The notes beneath the pieces are model-generated. The model had not been told where the DNA came from, made no database searches, and worked only from the letters and a program-made list of their open reading frames with translations. From assembly GCF_020745735.1 (NCBI RefSeq), contig NC_083428.1:28582001-28646000 (forward strand): DNA of 64,000 bases, written 5' to 3'. Below are positions 14,020 through 24,590 of the stretch, piece by piece. Within the stretch, counting starts at the first letter, position 1. Every line of letters begins with the position of its first letter. This DNA comes from Hemiscyllium ocellatum (taxonomy: Eukaryota). A program made the translations under genes and the position numbers.

Positions 14020-14195
14020 GCTGTAAATCAGAAACAAAAATAAAGACTTCTGGAAAAGCTCAGCAGGTCTGGCAGCATCTGTGGAGACAAATCAGAAGTA
14101 ATATTTTGTGTCAAATGATTTTTCTTCAGTTCTGATTTCCCTCCACAGATGCTGCCAGACCTCCTGAGCTTTTCCAGCAATCTCTCTTTTTGTTG
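14020..14195. repeat. Palindromic element made of two inverted PLE-like tails
   Basis: ctggaaaagctcagcaggtctggcagcatctgtggag (about 14050-14086) pairs with ctccacagatgctgccagacctcctgagcttttccag (about 14141-14177). Confidence 0.7.
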
Positions 14196-14199
14196 CAGG

Positions 14200-16045
14200 T
14201 TCACTAATGCCCTTCAGAGAATGAAATCTGCCATTTTCACCTGGTCTGGCCTATGTGTGACCCCAGACTCACAGCAATGACTCTCAACTACCCTCTGAAA
14301 TGGCTTAGCACTCAGCTGTATCATTCACTACAAAGTCTCAACAAAGAAACTGAACCAGAGAGACCACCTAGCATCCATCTAGATATCAGAAAAGACAATG
14401 ATAGAAATAGCCCTGTCAACCTTGCAAAGTCCTCCTTATTGACATCTGGAGGTTAATGCCAAAACTGGCAGAACTGTCTCACAGACGAGTCAAGCAAAAG
14501 CCTGTCATAGTCATACTCACGGAATCATACCTGACAGACAATATTCCAGTCATCGCCATCACTATCCATGAACATATCCTGTCCTACTTGTAGGACAGAC
14601 CCACTACAGCTGGCGGCATGGTGGTTCACAGTCAGGAGGGAGTTGCTTGGAAGTCTTCAACATTGTGTCCAGACCTGATGAGGTCTCATGGCTTCAGGTT
14701 AATCATGTCCAAGGAAATCTATTGATTACCATGTACTATTCTCCCTTGATTGATGAATCAGTTCTGCTCCATGTTGAACAACACATGGAAGAAGCACTGA
14801 CGGTGGTAAGGATACAAAACATACTCCGGGTGTGAGATTTCAATGTCTACCACCAAGAGAGGCTTGGCTGCAGCACTACTGATCGAACTGGTTGGGTCCT
14901 AAAGGACGTAGCTGCTAGATGGGGTCTGTAGCAGGTGATGAGGGAACCAACAAGAGGGAAAAACATACTTGACCACATCCTCACCAATCTGCCGGCTGCA
15001 GCTGTATCTGACCGTGACAGTATTGGTAAGAGTACCCCTGCACAGTCCTTGTGGAGTTAAGGTCCCACCTTCACACTGAGAATAATGTCCATCATGTTCT
15101 GTGGCACTATCTCTGATCGAATTGGGATAGACTTCAAACAGATCCAGCAACTCAAGACTGGGCATCCATGAGGTACTGTTGGCCATCTATAGCAGCACAA
15201 TCTGCAAACTCATAGCCCAGCTTTTCCCCCACTCAACTATTACCATCAAGCCAGAGAATCAACCCTGTTTCAATGAACAGTGCAGGAGGGCATGCTAAGA
15301 GCAGCACCAGGCATATGTAAAAATGAGGTTTCAACCTAATGAAGCTATCAAACATGACTACTTACATGCTAAACAGAATAAGAAGCAAATGATAGGCAAA
15401 GGTAAGCAATCCTACAACAATTGATCAGATGTAAGCTCTGCAGTCCTACCACATCCAATTGTGAGTGATGGTGGACAAATAAAGAACTCACTGGAGAAGG
15501 AGGCTCCACAAATATCCCCATCCTCAACGATGGAAGAACCCAGAACATCAGTGCAAAAAGCTGAAGTATTTTCAGCAATCTTCTGCCAGATGTTTGAGTG
15601 AATGATTCATTTTGGCCTCCTCCAGTGGTCCCCAGAATCACAGAAACCAGTCTTCAGCCAGTTTGATTCACTCCATGAGATATCAATAAATGGTTGGAGG
15701 CACTGGATACTGCAAAGACCCAGACAGCATTCCAGCAGTAGTACTGAAAACCTGTGCTCCAGAACTTGCCACACCCCTAGTCAAGCTGTTGCAGTATAGC
15801 TACAACGTTGGTATCTACCTGATAATGTGGAAAATTACCCAGGAGGTCCTGTATATAAAAAGCAGGACAAATCCAACCCAGCCAATTACCTCCCCATCAG
15901 CCTACTCTCAACTTTCAATAAAGTGATGGAAGGTGTCATCAACAGTGCTATCAAGCAGCACTTGCTCAGCAATAACCTGCTTAGTAATGCCCTGTTTGGG
16001 TTCCACCAAGGCCATTCAGTTTCTGACCTCATTATAGCATTACAG
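14200..16045 (+). mobile_element. Degraded non-LTR retrotransposon (CR1/L2 group), AP-endonuclease and RT fragments
   Basis: Broken frames encode ILTESYL (APE) and YKKQDKSNPANYLPISLLSTFNKVMEGVINSAIKQHLLSNNLLSNALFGFHQGHS (RT N-terminal motifs). Many stops and frameshifts. Confidence 0.8.
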
Positions 16046-16547
16046 CCAAATATGAATAACTGTATTGTGCCAAATTGATTCAGGAGAGGTCTCCTGCATG
16101 GACAAAGCCTTCCTTGATGTCCCATTCATGATCCCCAGGAAATTTGCATAGAGGCATGACTCCTACCTTTAAAATGTCCCAATCCCAGGATTTGACACAC
16201 CATGTCATTAAATTGATGTAACCTTGCTGACTGCATGCTGTGTATTACTGCTATAGGGTTTAGTAAAATCAGGACTTCAATGTCCAAAGGTAAGTGTGAA
16301 GAATGGGCAAAGTAAGAACTGTCTCTCCTGTTGAACCATATGCAAACAGAAATCAATGCCTTCAGATAGCAAATTATATGTTTAAAACTTCCCTGACAAC
16401 TTTACTTACTGTAAGTAGAGAGTACATTCACGTGCATAGTAGTTTTAATATCACACCACCACCATGCAAGCCAGCAAATCAGTACTCCTAATGATTTAAG
16501 CTAAACAGATGAGTCTTATTGGTGAGGTCAGCAGATTGGGATGCCAT

Positions 16548-16750
16548 ATGTGCAGTGGTTAGCACTGCTGCCTCATAGTGCCAGGTATTCGGATTCGATT
16601 CCAACCTTGGTGACTGTCTGTGTGGAGTTTGCACATTCTCCCTGTGTCTGCATGAGTTTCCTGGGTTGCGATGTCTCTCGGAGGGTTGGTTTGGATTGAA
16701 TGGGCTGAATATCCTGCTGCCACACTAAAGGAATTCTATTCTATTCTAGT
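16548..16750 (+). mobile_element. Internally deleted HE1-like V-SINE
   Basis: gcagtggttagcactgctgcctca head and tgtggagtttgcacattctccc V-domain, followed by a truncated tail. Confidence 0.7.
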
Positions 16751-19700
16751 GATGTAAGCTCAACTGATAGATCATAAAAGAACACTATGCATATATCTCC
16801 CACTCTAATGTTACCTACTATACTCCAGTTATTGAACCCTCTCCCATTACTAACCTTAGGTTCAAAAGAACCTGTAAGGTTTCTGCTCTGTTCCCATTCT
16901 CAATGATCAAACTTGGACTGAGGCAGCATTTGGAGCTGACAGGGTAGAAATATATAACAAATATTAAGTAATTGCTCAATAAGAATAACACTGGCTTTCA
17001 GATTTGTTATGGCATTAGTGAAGAGACTCGTAATTATATCCCATTAAAAATATCCAGCAATTTGGTACATTAATGATTTTAGGACTAAATTAAATTTGTT
17101 AAATTATAACTTTAAAAATGCCTGAATTTGTCTTAATAACACTACGATTAGTGAAAATATGGCATATCATGAATTCATAGGATTAGTTACCTGTTTCATT
17201 GAATTTGTATATTACTTTCTTCTCCACCTGTTGTAGCTTTATGCTGATCCTTTAGGTTTTTTTAACCGCATGAAGTACCTTTACATTCCGTGTTTCAGTA
17301 TCCTCTACTATTCACTGCTTCTGTGTCAACTGCACATGGTGAAGTCTGAAAGGGCTTCAATCGCTGGTGAGTGCTACAAAGAACAGACAGAAATATTCTG
17401 CTCTCTGGGTTAATCTTACACAGTCACTCACAGCCTTAAGGATGAGGATTAATGCAGTTACTTTGCCTTTTTATATGTGACCTGGTTATTCATAACAGGA
17501 TTTCAAGAATTACTGCCTGATCTAAAATGACTAGGTTCTATTTATTCAAAGGTGTCATTAGTGTAATTATTTCTTTTAATAGAATGCAAGCACTTAAAAC
17601 AAACTGCCCTTTGTTATTGACCGTATTCTACAGTGCTAAGCTCCTCCAGTAATTTCTCACATTATGCTGCCAGTGTCATTTCTCACACAACAATACCAAA
17701 TTATATTTATAAAGGTAAAGTCATCATAGTCCCAGAGGACCACAGAGCTGCTCTTTTATTAGATAAACATGACTGGTGATAAATTTAACCTTAGAGTCTC
17801 CATGTCTCAGGAAAGGGGCGAGAAGGACTTTATGACGATCTTAGTCAGTAAGGGAAGTAAACCCGCACTGTTGGCATCATTCTGAAACACAAACCAGCCA
17901 TCCAACCAATTCAGCTTATATTGATATAATATCTTCAACATAGAAAAAGACCTCCCAAGAGGCTTGACAGGAACATAATCAGACAAAAGCAAAATAAAAC
18001 CGTTTCAAACTGGTCCATGTTAACACAACAAAATGATCTCTCAATAGAAATTTATTTTTCATAACGCCAGCCTTTATTTTCCATTGATTTAGAAAATGAC
18101 TGTTTGGATTCTTAATTTCAAATAGAAATAAAGAAGTGAGATTAGGAATAGTTTCTGCAACTATTGTTCTGTGAACCTCATGGAAAATAGATAGGATGTG
18201 TTGAAAAATCAGCTGCTGATTCACACAGGATCCCTTTTACTTTGTGGATGTAGAACAGTTTTACAGGCATGTCAGGTCAAAGAGGAGCATGTTGCTTAAG
18301 GAAGCTGGCCTGAAAGGGTTAACTTGAAAGCTTTGGAATAGATGTATAAAAGACTGGCTCCTTCCAGAAACAGCCAGTTTGCTGTTGGTGAGTTCTACAG
18401 TCATATAGCGTATACCTAGTTACAATCGCTTAAGAGATAACAGCGTGTCTTGCCTAATGTTAACCAGTCTTAAGCTAATGTAACCTGTTATCTTACTATT
18501 ACATAATAATAATAACATTCCACTTATCTGTGGCTCATCCATCACTACATAAGAGTAAACCCTGTAGACGAATAATAGACTAAGAAGGGTTGTTGGCAGC
18601 ATATTTAACTGAACGAGATCCCAACACAACTATGTGCCAGCAGTGTGTGTCTCTTGGAACAGGGTAGAGTAAGAAAGCTATTAAAAGGAGGGACTTAGCA
18701 GAATTTCAAAGCTTAGGCCGTGGACGACTGAAAGCATCGCCATCTATTGCGGTAGACGAGCAGGAGACTGGAAGAACACAGCAAGCCAGGCATCCTCAGG
18801 CGGTGAAGAAGTCAACATTTCAGGTGTAACCCTAAAGTGACTTTTTTTTAATGTGATCACTGTGTGTGCATGTCATTGACTAGGCCAGCATTTATTACCA
18901 ACTCCTAATTGTTTTTGAAATGATAGTGGTGAGCTGTCACCTTGTGAACTATGACAGTGCATATGATGTAGGGACAATGACAGTCCTGTTCGAAAGGGAG
19001 TTGCAGGATTTTAACCCAAGGACAGTGAAGGAACAGCAATGTAGCTCTAAGTCAGGATGATTTGGCTTGGAGGAGAACTTGCAGATGTAGGTATTCCCAT
19101 GTACCTGCTGCCCTTGTCTTTTTAGGTGGTAGTGGTCATATGTTTGGAAGGTGCTATCAAATGAGGCTTGGTGAATTACTGCAGTGCATCTTAAAGGTGG
19201 TATTTGGGCTGCATGAAAGGCCAGAGTAGGAGAAACAGGTTTGTGTGTGTTTCTGTTCCATTTCTGTTCCATATAAAGTTTCCTTCAGATGCTGACCCAC
19301 AGGTACTAATGGAACAGTTTAGCTTGAGCAAGGAATGACTGTGAGGTATTCACAGAAGGAAGATAATTAAATGGGTCATAATAGCCATATGTGGGGAGAA
19401 GTCAGTGGTTCTGGATGTCTCAAGATTGCAAGCCATTATTAGCACTTTAACTGACAAAGTAGGTAAGATTAGAGAACTGCTGCGTCTTTCAATTCACTCC
19501 AATTCCTCCAACACCATGATGTCCATCTGCATTGCTTCCATGCAGTAAAATCCTTATACTCAGAACAGCATGAGTTAATGACTCTGTAACCCCACCCCAC
19601 CCCCATCCCTCACCCCCCCCCTCCACTGGAAACTGTGTTTGGGATTCCCCTCAAGTCTCCTTTGCACACAGTGCTCCTTTGGCAACAACTATCTTGCAAT

Positions 19701-22229
19701 AGCATGAGTTTTCTGGTAGTTGAAAGATATCCATGCAATGCTCATCTTAATCCAATGTTATTACAGTATTCTTACTGCAGGACAAAATGGCACACTGTGT
19801 ATAGGGGAGGTTTGTTGTGGATGGAATTGTACTCAAAGTGAAGAAGCAATAGAGTTAGACAGCCACGTTCAACCAGAAGGCCACAGATTGTAAAGTGGAT
19901 AGTTAACACTGAATTACAGAGCACAAGGAAATCTGAGAAGTAGATGCAAAACTCATTTTATCTCTTCTAGCTATTCCTAAGAATGAACAGATTTGACTGA
20001 GGAGCCAATGGATTCAGATTTCGTGAACTGTTGTCTAATGAGAATTACACTACATTCCTGTGAAGAAATGCAGATTCCAAAACTTCATTTTCCTCATTAG
20101 ACATTTAAAAGAATAATCAATCACAGGACTGAGGGGAAAGAACTGGGCAGTAGAAATCATTGGAAGCTATTTCAAGAAAGCTGGCCTTCTACAGTACTGC
20201 ATAATTCTACAAAAAGGAGTTATTTTCCTCCTTTAGAGACCAATGATGTGCAACAGCTTCATTTCAGACCAGAATCATTCTCTAGTCCCAACAATATAGC
20301 CAAGGCCAGTGTGATCTCCATTTTGGAAGCAAAGACGTTGTGCTGGAGACAGGTCTGAGAATGCTGCATTCCAGCCCTGAGAGATTGAACTACCAGGAAG
20401 CAACCTCAATGACCGCTCTAAACTCAACCACATCAACCTTTAGCGATGTCTTGACCTAAAGCTATCAACCCTCCAGAAGACTCCTGAAATCTCCAAGGAT
20501 TTAAGATCAACATTTCCTGGAGTTTACAATTTACACTTTTAACCCCAATCTACGTTCTTCCATACTGACCACTGCAGAAAAAAAGCATTAACTGACCTTT
20601 GTGAGGATGTGGCTACAATGCAGGGTGTGCAACGGAGATGCACCAGGATGCTGCCTGGGTTAAAGCATTTTGGCTGAGAAGACAGATTTGAAAGGCACAA
20701 GTCATGTTTTAATTTTAACAGAGTAGAGAAGACTGAGGGGAGAACTGATTGAGATGTATGAATTTAAATGGGGCATGGACACAATGGGTAAGAAGTAGCT
20801 GTTCTTCTTAGTTGAAGGATCAATAACAAAGGAGCATAATTTTAAGATACACAATAGGAGTTTTAGAGGGATTTAAGGATAAACTTTGTTGACCCTGAGA
20901 ATGATGGGAAACCCGAATGCACTTTCTGGGAGAGAAGATAAGATGGGAAACCTCAAAAACTTTAACAATGCTTGGATAAGCTATGAAATGTCATAACATT
21001 CCAGGCTTTTTTTTTTATTGCTTCAGCAAATGTGGGCTAGGCCAGCATTCATTACCATTGGCAGTGCAGTCAACAACAATACTGTGGATCTGAAGTCACA
21101 TGTAGACCAGACAAGGATTGCCGTCTCCGTCCGGTTTTTTTCCCTGACAATCAACAACAGTTCATTGTCATCATTAGACTTACAATTCCTGATTTTTTAA
21201 AAACTTAAATTGCCCAGAACATTACCTGGATCTCTGGATTATGGTCTCGTGATAACACCACTAGGCCATCATCCCCTCACTATGAGCCAAGTGCATCTTG
21301 GTTGACAACCGAACCGAAAAGTCTCTTCTCCACCCTATACCTCTATGCTTTAAATAAAGAAAATGAACTGCGTATATAGGAAATCAGAAACAAAAACAGA
21401 AGTTACTGGAAACACTTAGAGTCACAGATGTACAGCACAGAAACAGACCCTTTGGTCCAACTCATCCATGCCGACCGAATATCCCAACCCAATCCAAACC
21501 CACCTGCCAGCACCTGGCCCATAACACTCCAAACCCTTCCTATTCATATACCCATCCAAATGCCTTTTAAAATTTGCAATTGTACCAGCCTCCACCCCTT
21601 CCTCTGGCAGCTCATTCCATACACGTACCACCCTCTGTATGGAAGAATTGCCCCATAGGTCTCTTTTATATCTTTCCCCTCTCACCCTAAACCTATGCCC
21701 TCTAGTTCTGGACTCCCCCATCCCAGGGAAAAGATTGTCTATTTATCCTGTCCCAAGCCCCTCATGATTTTGTAAACCTCTATAAGGTTACCCCTCAGCC
21801 TCCGAAGCTCCAGGGAAAACAGCCCTAGCAGATTCAACCTCTCCCCATAGCTCAAATCCTCCAACCCAGGAAACATCCTTTTAAATCTTTTCTGAACCCT
21901 TTCAAGTTTCACAAAAAATGTGCAGGTTAGGTGAATTAGCCTTGAGAAATTGCCCATAGTGTTACGTGAAGGAGTAAATGTCGGGGAATGGGTCTGGGTG
22001 GGTTGCTCTTGGAAGGGTTGGTGTGGACTTGTTGGGCCAAAGGGCCTGTTTCAACATTGTAAGTAATCTAATCTAAACATCTTTCCGATAGGAAGGAGAC
22101 CAGAATTGCACGCAATATTCCAACAGTCCTAACCAACGTCCTGTACAGCCGCAACATGACCTCCCAACTCCTGTACCCAATCCTCTGACCGATAAAGGAA
22201 AGCACACCAAACACCTTCTTCACTATCCT

Positions 22230-23073
22230 GCAAATGTGTTGCTGGTCAAAGCACAGCAGGCCAGGCAGCATCTCAGGAATAGAGAATTCGACGTTTCGAG
22301 CATAAGCCCTTCATCAGGAATAAGAGAGAGAGAGCCAAGCAGGCTAAGATAAAAGGTAGGGAGGAGGGACTAGGGGGAGGGGCGATGGAGGTGGGATAGG
22401 TGGAAGGAGGTCAAGGTGAGGGTGATAGGCCGGAGTGGGGTGGGGGCGGAGAGGTCAGGAAGAGGATTACAGGTTAGGAGGGCGGTGCTGAGTTGAGGGA
22501 ACCGACTGACACAAGGTGGGGGGAGGGGAAATGAGGAAACTGGAGAAATCTGAATTCATACCTTGTGGTTGGAGGGTTCCCAGGTGGAAGATGAGGCGCT
22601 CCTCCTCCAGCCATCGTGTAGTTGTGTTCTGCCGGTGGAGGAGTCCAAGGACCTGCATGTCCTCGGTGGAGTGGGAGGGAGAGTTAAAGTGTTGAGCCAC
22701 GGGGTGATTGGGTTGGTTGGTTCGGGCGGCCCGGAGGTGTTATCTGAAGCGTTCCGCAAGTAAGCGGCCTGTCTCACCAATATAGAGGAGGCCACATCGG
22801 GTGCAGCGGATGCAATAGATGATGTGTGTGGAGGTACAGGTGAACTTGTGGCGGATATGGAAGGATCCCTTGGGGCCTTGGAGGGAAGTGAGTGTGGAGG
22901 TGTGGGCGCAAGTTTTACATTTCCTGCGGTTGCAGGGGAAGGTGCCGGGGGTGGAGGTTGGGTTGGTGGGGGGTGTGGATCTGACGAGGGAGTCACGAAG
23001 GGAGTGGTCCTTGCGGAACGCTGATAGGGGAGGGGAGGGAAATATATCCTTGGTGGTGGGGTCCGCTTTTTTA
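22230..23073 (-). mobile_element. 5'-truncated Penelope-like retroelement: GIY-YIG endonuclease domain plus terminal repeat
   Basis: PCNRRKCKTC...IIYCIRCTRCGLLYIGETGRLLAERFR*HL...PVAQHFNSPSHS...EERLIFHLGTLQPQGMN, with a single stop at 22740-22742. Flanked by a 14-bp direct repeat TTCTTCACTATCCT (22216-22229 and 23074-23087). Confidence 0.9.
22286..22321 (-). ncRNA. Minimal type I hammerhead ribozyme motif in PLE terminal repeat
   Basis: Minus strand ATTC-CTGATGA-A-GGGC-TTAT-GCTC-GAAA-CGTC-GAAT. Complete core, 4-bp stem I (ATTC/GAAT), 4-bp stem II, loopless palindromic stem III (ACGT). Predicted cleavage after the C at 22290. Confidence 0.75.
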
Positions 23074-23346
23074 TTCTTCACTATCCTACCTACCTGTGAC
23101 TCTATTTTCAAGGAGCTGTGAACCTGCACTCCAAGGTCTCTTTGTTCAGCAACACTCCCCAGGACCTGATCATTAAATGTATAAGTCCTGCTAAGATTTG
23201 CTTTCCCAAAATGCAGCACCTCACATTTATCTAAATTAAACTCCATCTGTCACTTCTCAGCCCATTGACCCATCTGGCCAAGATCCTGTTGTAATCTGAG
23301 ATAACCTCCTTCACTGTCCACTACACCTCCAATTTTGGTGTCATCA

Positions 23347-23790
23347 GCTGCCAGAGGAATACAACATTTAAAAGACATTTGGAGGAATATGGGCCAAGTG
23401 CTTACAAATGGTCATTGGGTAGCACAGTGGATCGCACTGCTGCCTCACAGCACCAGGGACCCAGTGAGGGGGACTGTCTGTGTGGAGTTTGCACATACTC
23501 CCTGTGACTGTGTGGGTTTCCTCTGGGTGCTCCAGTTTCCTGCTACCATCCAAAGATGTGCAAGTCAGGTGAATTGGCTATGCGAGGTTGCCCATAATAT
23601 TCAGGGATGTGTAGGTTAGGTTCATTAATCAGGTGTAAACAGGGTAGGGCAGATCTGTGTGGGTTCCCTGTTTCCACAGGCTAGGTATTTATCCTCTTCT
23701 AAATGGGACGAGATTAGATTAGGACATCTCGTCAACATGGACGAGTTGGACGGAAGGGTCTGTTTTCATGCTCTGTATCTCTGTGATATC
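23347..23790 (+). mobile_element. CR1 3' end fragment with inserted HE1-like V-SINE (about 23417-23690)
   Basis: gctgccagagga...acaacatttaaaagacatttgg and gaagggtctgttttcatgct CR1 tail pieces flank a SINE head and V-domain. Confidence 0.7.
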
Positions 23791-23859
23791 TCGTTAACAT
23801 CTGCTGAATTTTTCCAGCAAGGGCCCTTCTTGTAACTGCTGTGCTACTTATTGCAGCCT

Positions 23860-24590
23860 CTTAAACCTGATTGGTTAGCGATGTTAATGCTGCACCACCT
23901 CATTGGACTACAGTGTAACTGTCGTGTTTATTAGACCACTAACTCTCTATTCGTGGTTGGTGTTTCTATCCAGTGTTGTGATTGGCGGAGGGGGGGGAGA
24001 GGACGTGTTGCCATTGGTGAAGGTGATGACGGCGCGCTGCGTTTGGCGGAGGCGGTGACGGCGCGCTGCGATTGGCAGAGGGGGTGAGGGTGCGCTGCGA
24101 TTGGTGGAGTGGGGTGAGGGCGCGCTGCGATTGGCGGAGGGGGGTGACGGCGCGTTGCGATTGGCGGAGTGGGGTGACGGCGCTGCGATTGGCGGACGGG
24201 GGTGACGGCGCGCTGCGATTGGCGGGGGATGACAGCGCGCTGCGATTGACGGAGGGGGGTGACAGCGCGCTGCGATTGACGGAGGGGGGTGACGGCGCGC
24301 TGCGATTGGCGGAGGGGGGTGACGGCGCGCTGCGATTGGCGGAGTGGGTTAACGGCGCGCTGCGATTGGCGGAGTGGGGTGACGGCGCGCTGCGATTGGC
24401 GGAGTGGGTTAACGGCGCGCTGCGATTGGCGGAGTGGGGTGACGGCGCGCTGCGATTGGCGGAGTGGGGTGACGGCGCGCTGCGATTGGCGGAGTGGGGT
24501 GACGGCGCGCTGCGATTGGCGGAGTGGGGTGACGGCGCGCTGCGATTGGCGGTTCGGAGAGCAGCAGGCGGTGAGGCGGGAAGGCGGTTG
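23860..24590 (+). promoter_or_regulatory. POLE4 CpG-island promoter with tandem inverted CCAAT (NF-Y) boxes
   Basis: ATTGG at 23870, 23902, 23981, 24013 and in most minisatellite units up to 24545, 46 bp before the ATG. The minus strand reads GCCAATCGCAG. No obvious TATA box. Confidence 0.7.
23975..24553. repeat. 30-bp GC-rich minisatellite, consensus TGCGATTGGCGGAGTGGGGTGACGGCGCGC, about 18-20 units
   Basis: Exact 30-bp period from 24241 to 24550; more diverged units toward 23975; five CpG per unit. Confidence 0.95.

Larger units (their letters stand above)
21417..23345 (-). mobile_element. CR1/HER1 LINE 3' portion (RT C-terminus and 3' UTR) hosting two nested insertions
   Basis: Minus-strand peptides MEFNLDKCEVLHFGKAN..., VKLERVQKRFKRM..., RVVRVWNELPEE.... 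Interrupted by a 5'-truncated V-SINE (about 21914-22075, plus) and a PLE (22230-23073). Confidence 0.88.

Noticed and set aside
22740-23246. 168-aa ORF fusing a CR1 RT segment to a GIY-YIG endonuclease, suggesting a novel chimeric retroelement
   Set aside because: The junction coincides with the TSD-flanked insertion of a PLE into a CR1 copy. The in-frame fusion is accidental and ends at a premature stop.
23975-24553. CRISPR-like regular repeat array
   Set aside because: The units are head-to-tail with no unique spacers, there are no cas genes, and the context is eukaryotic.
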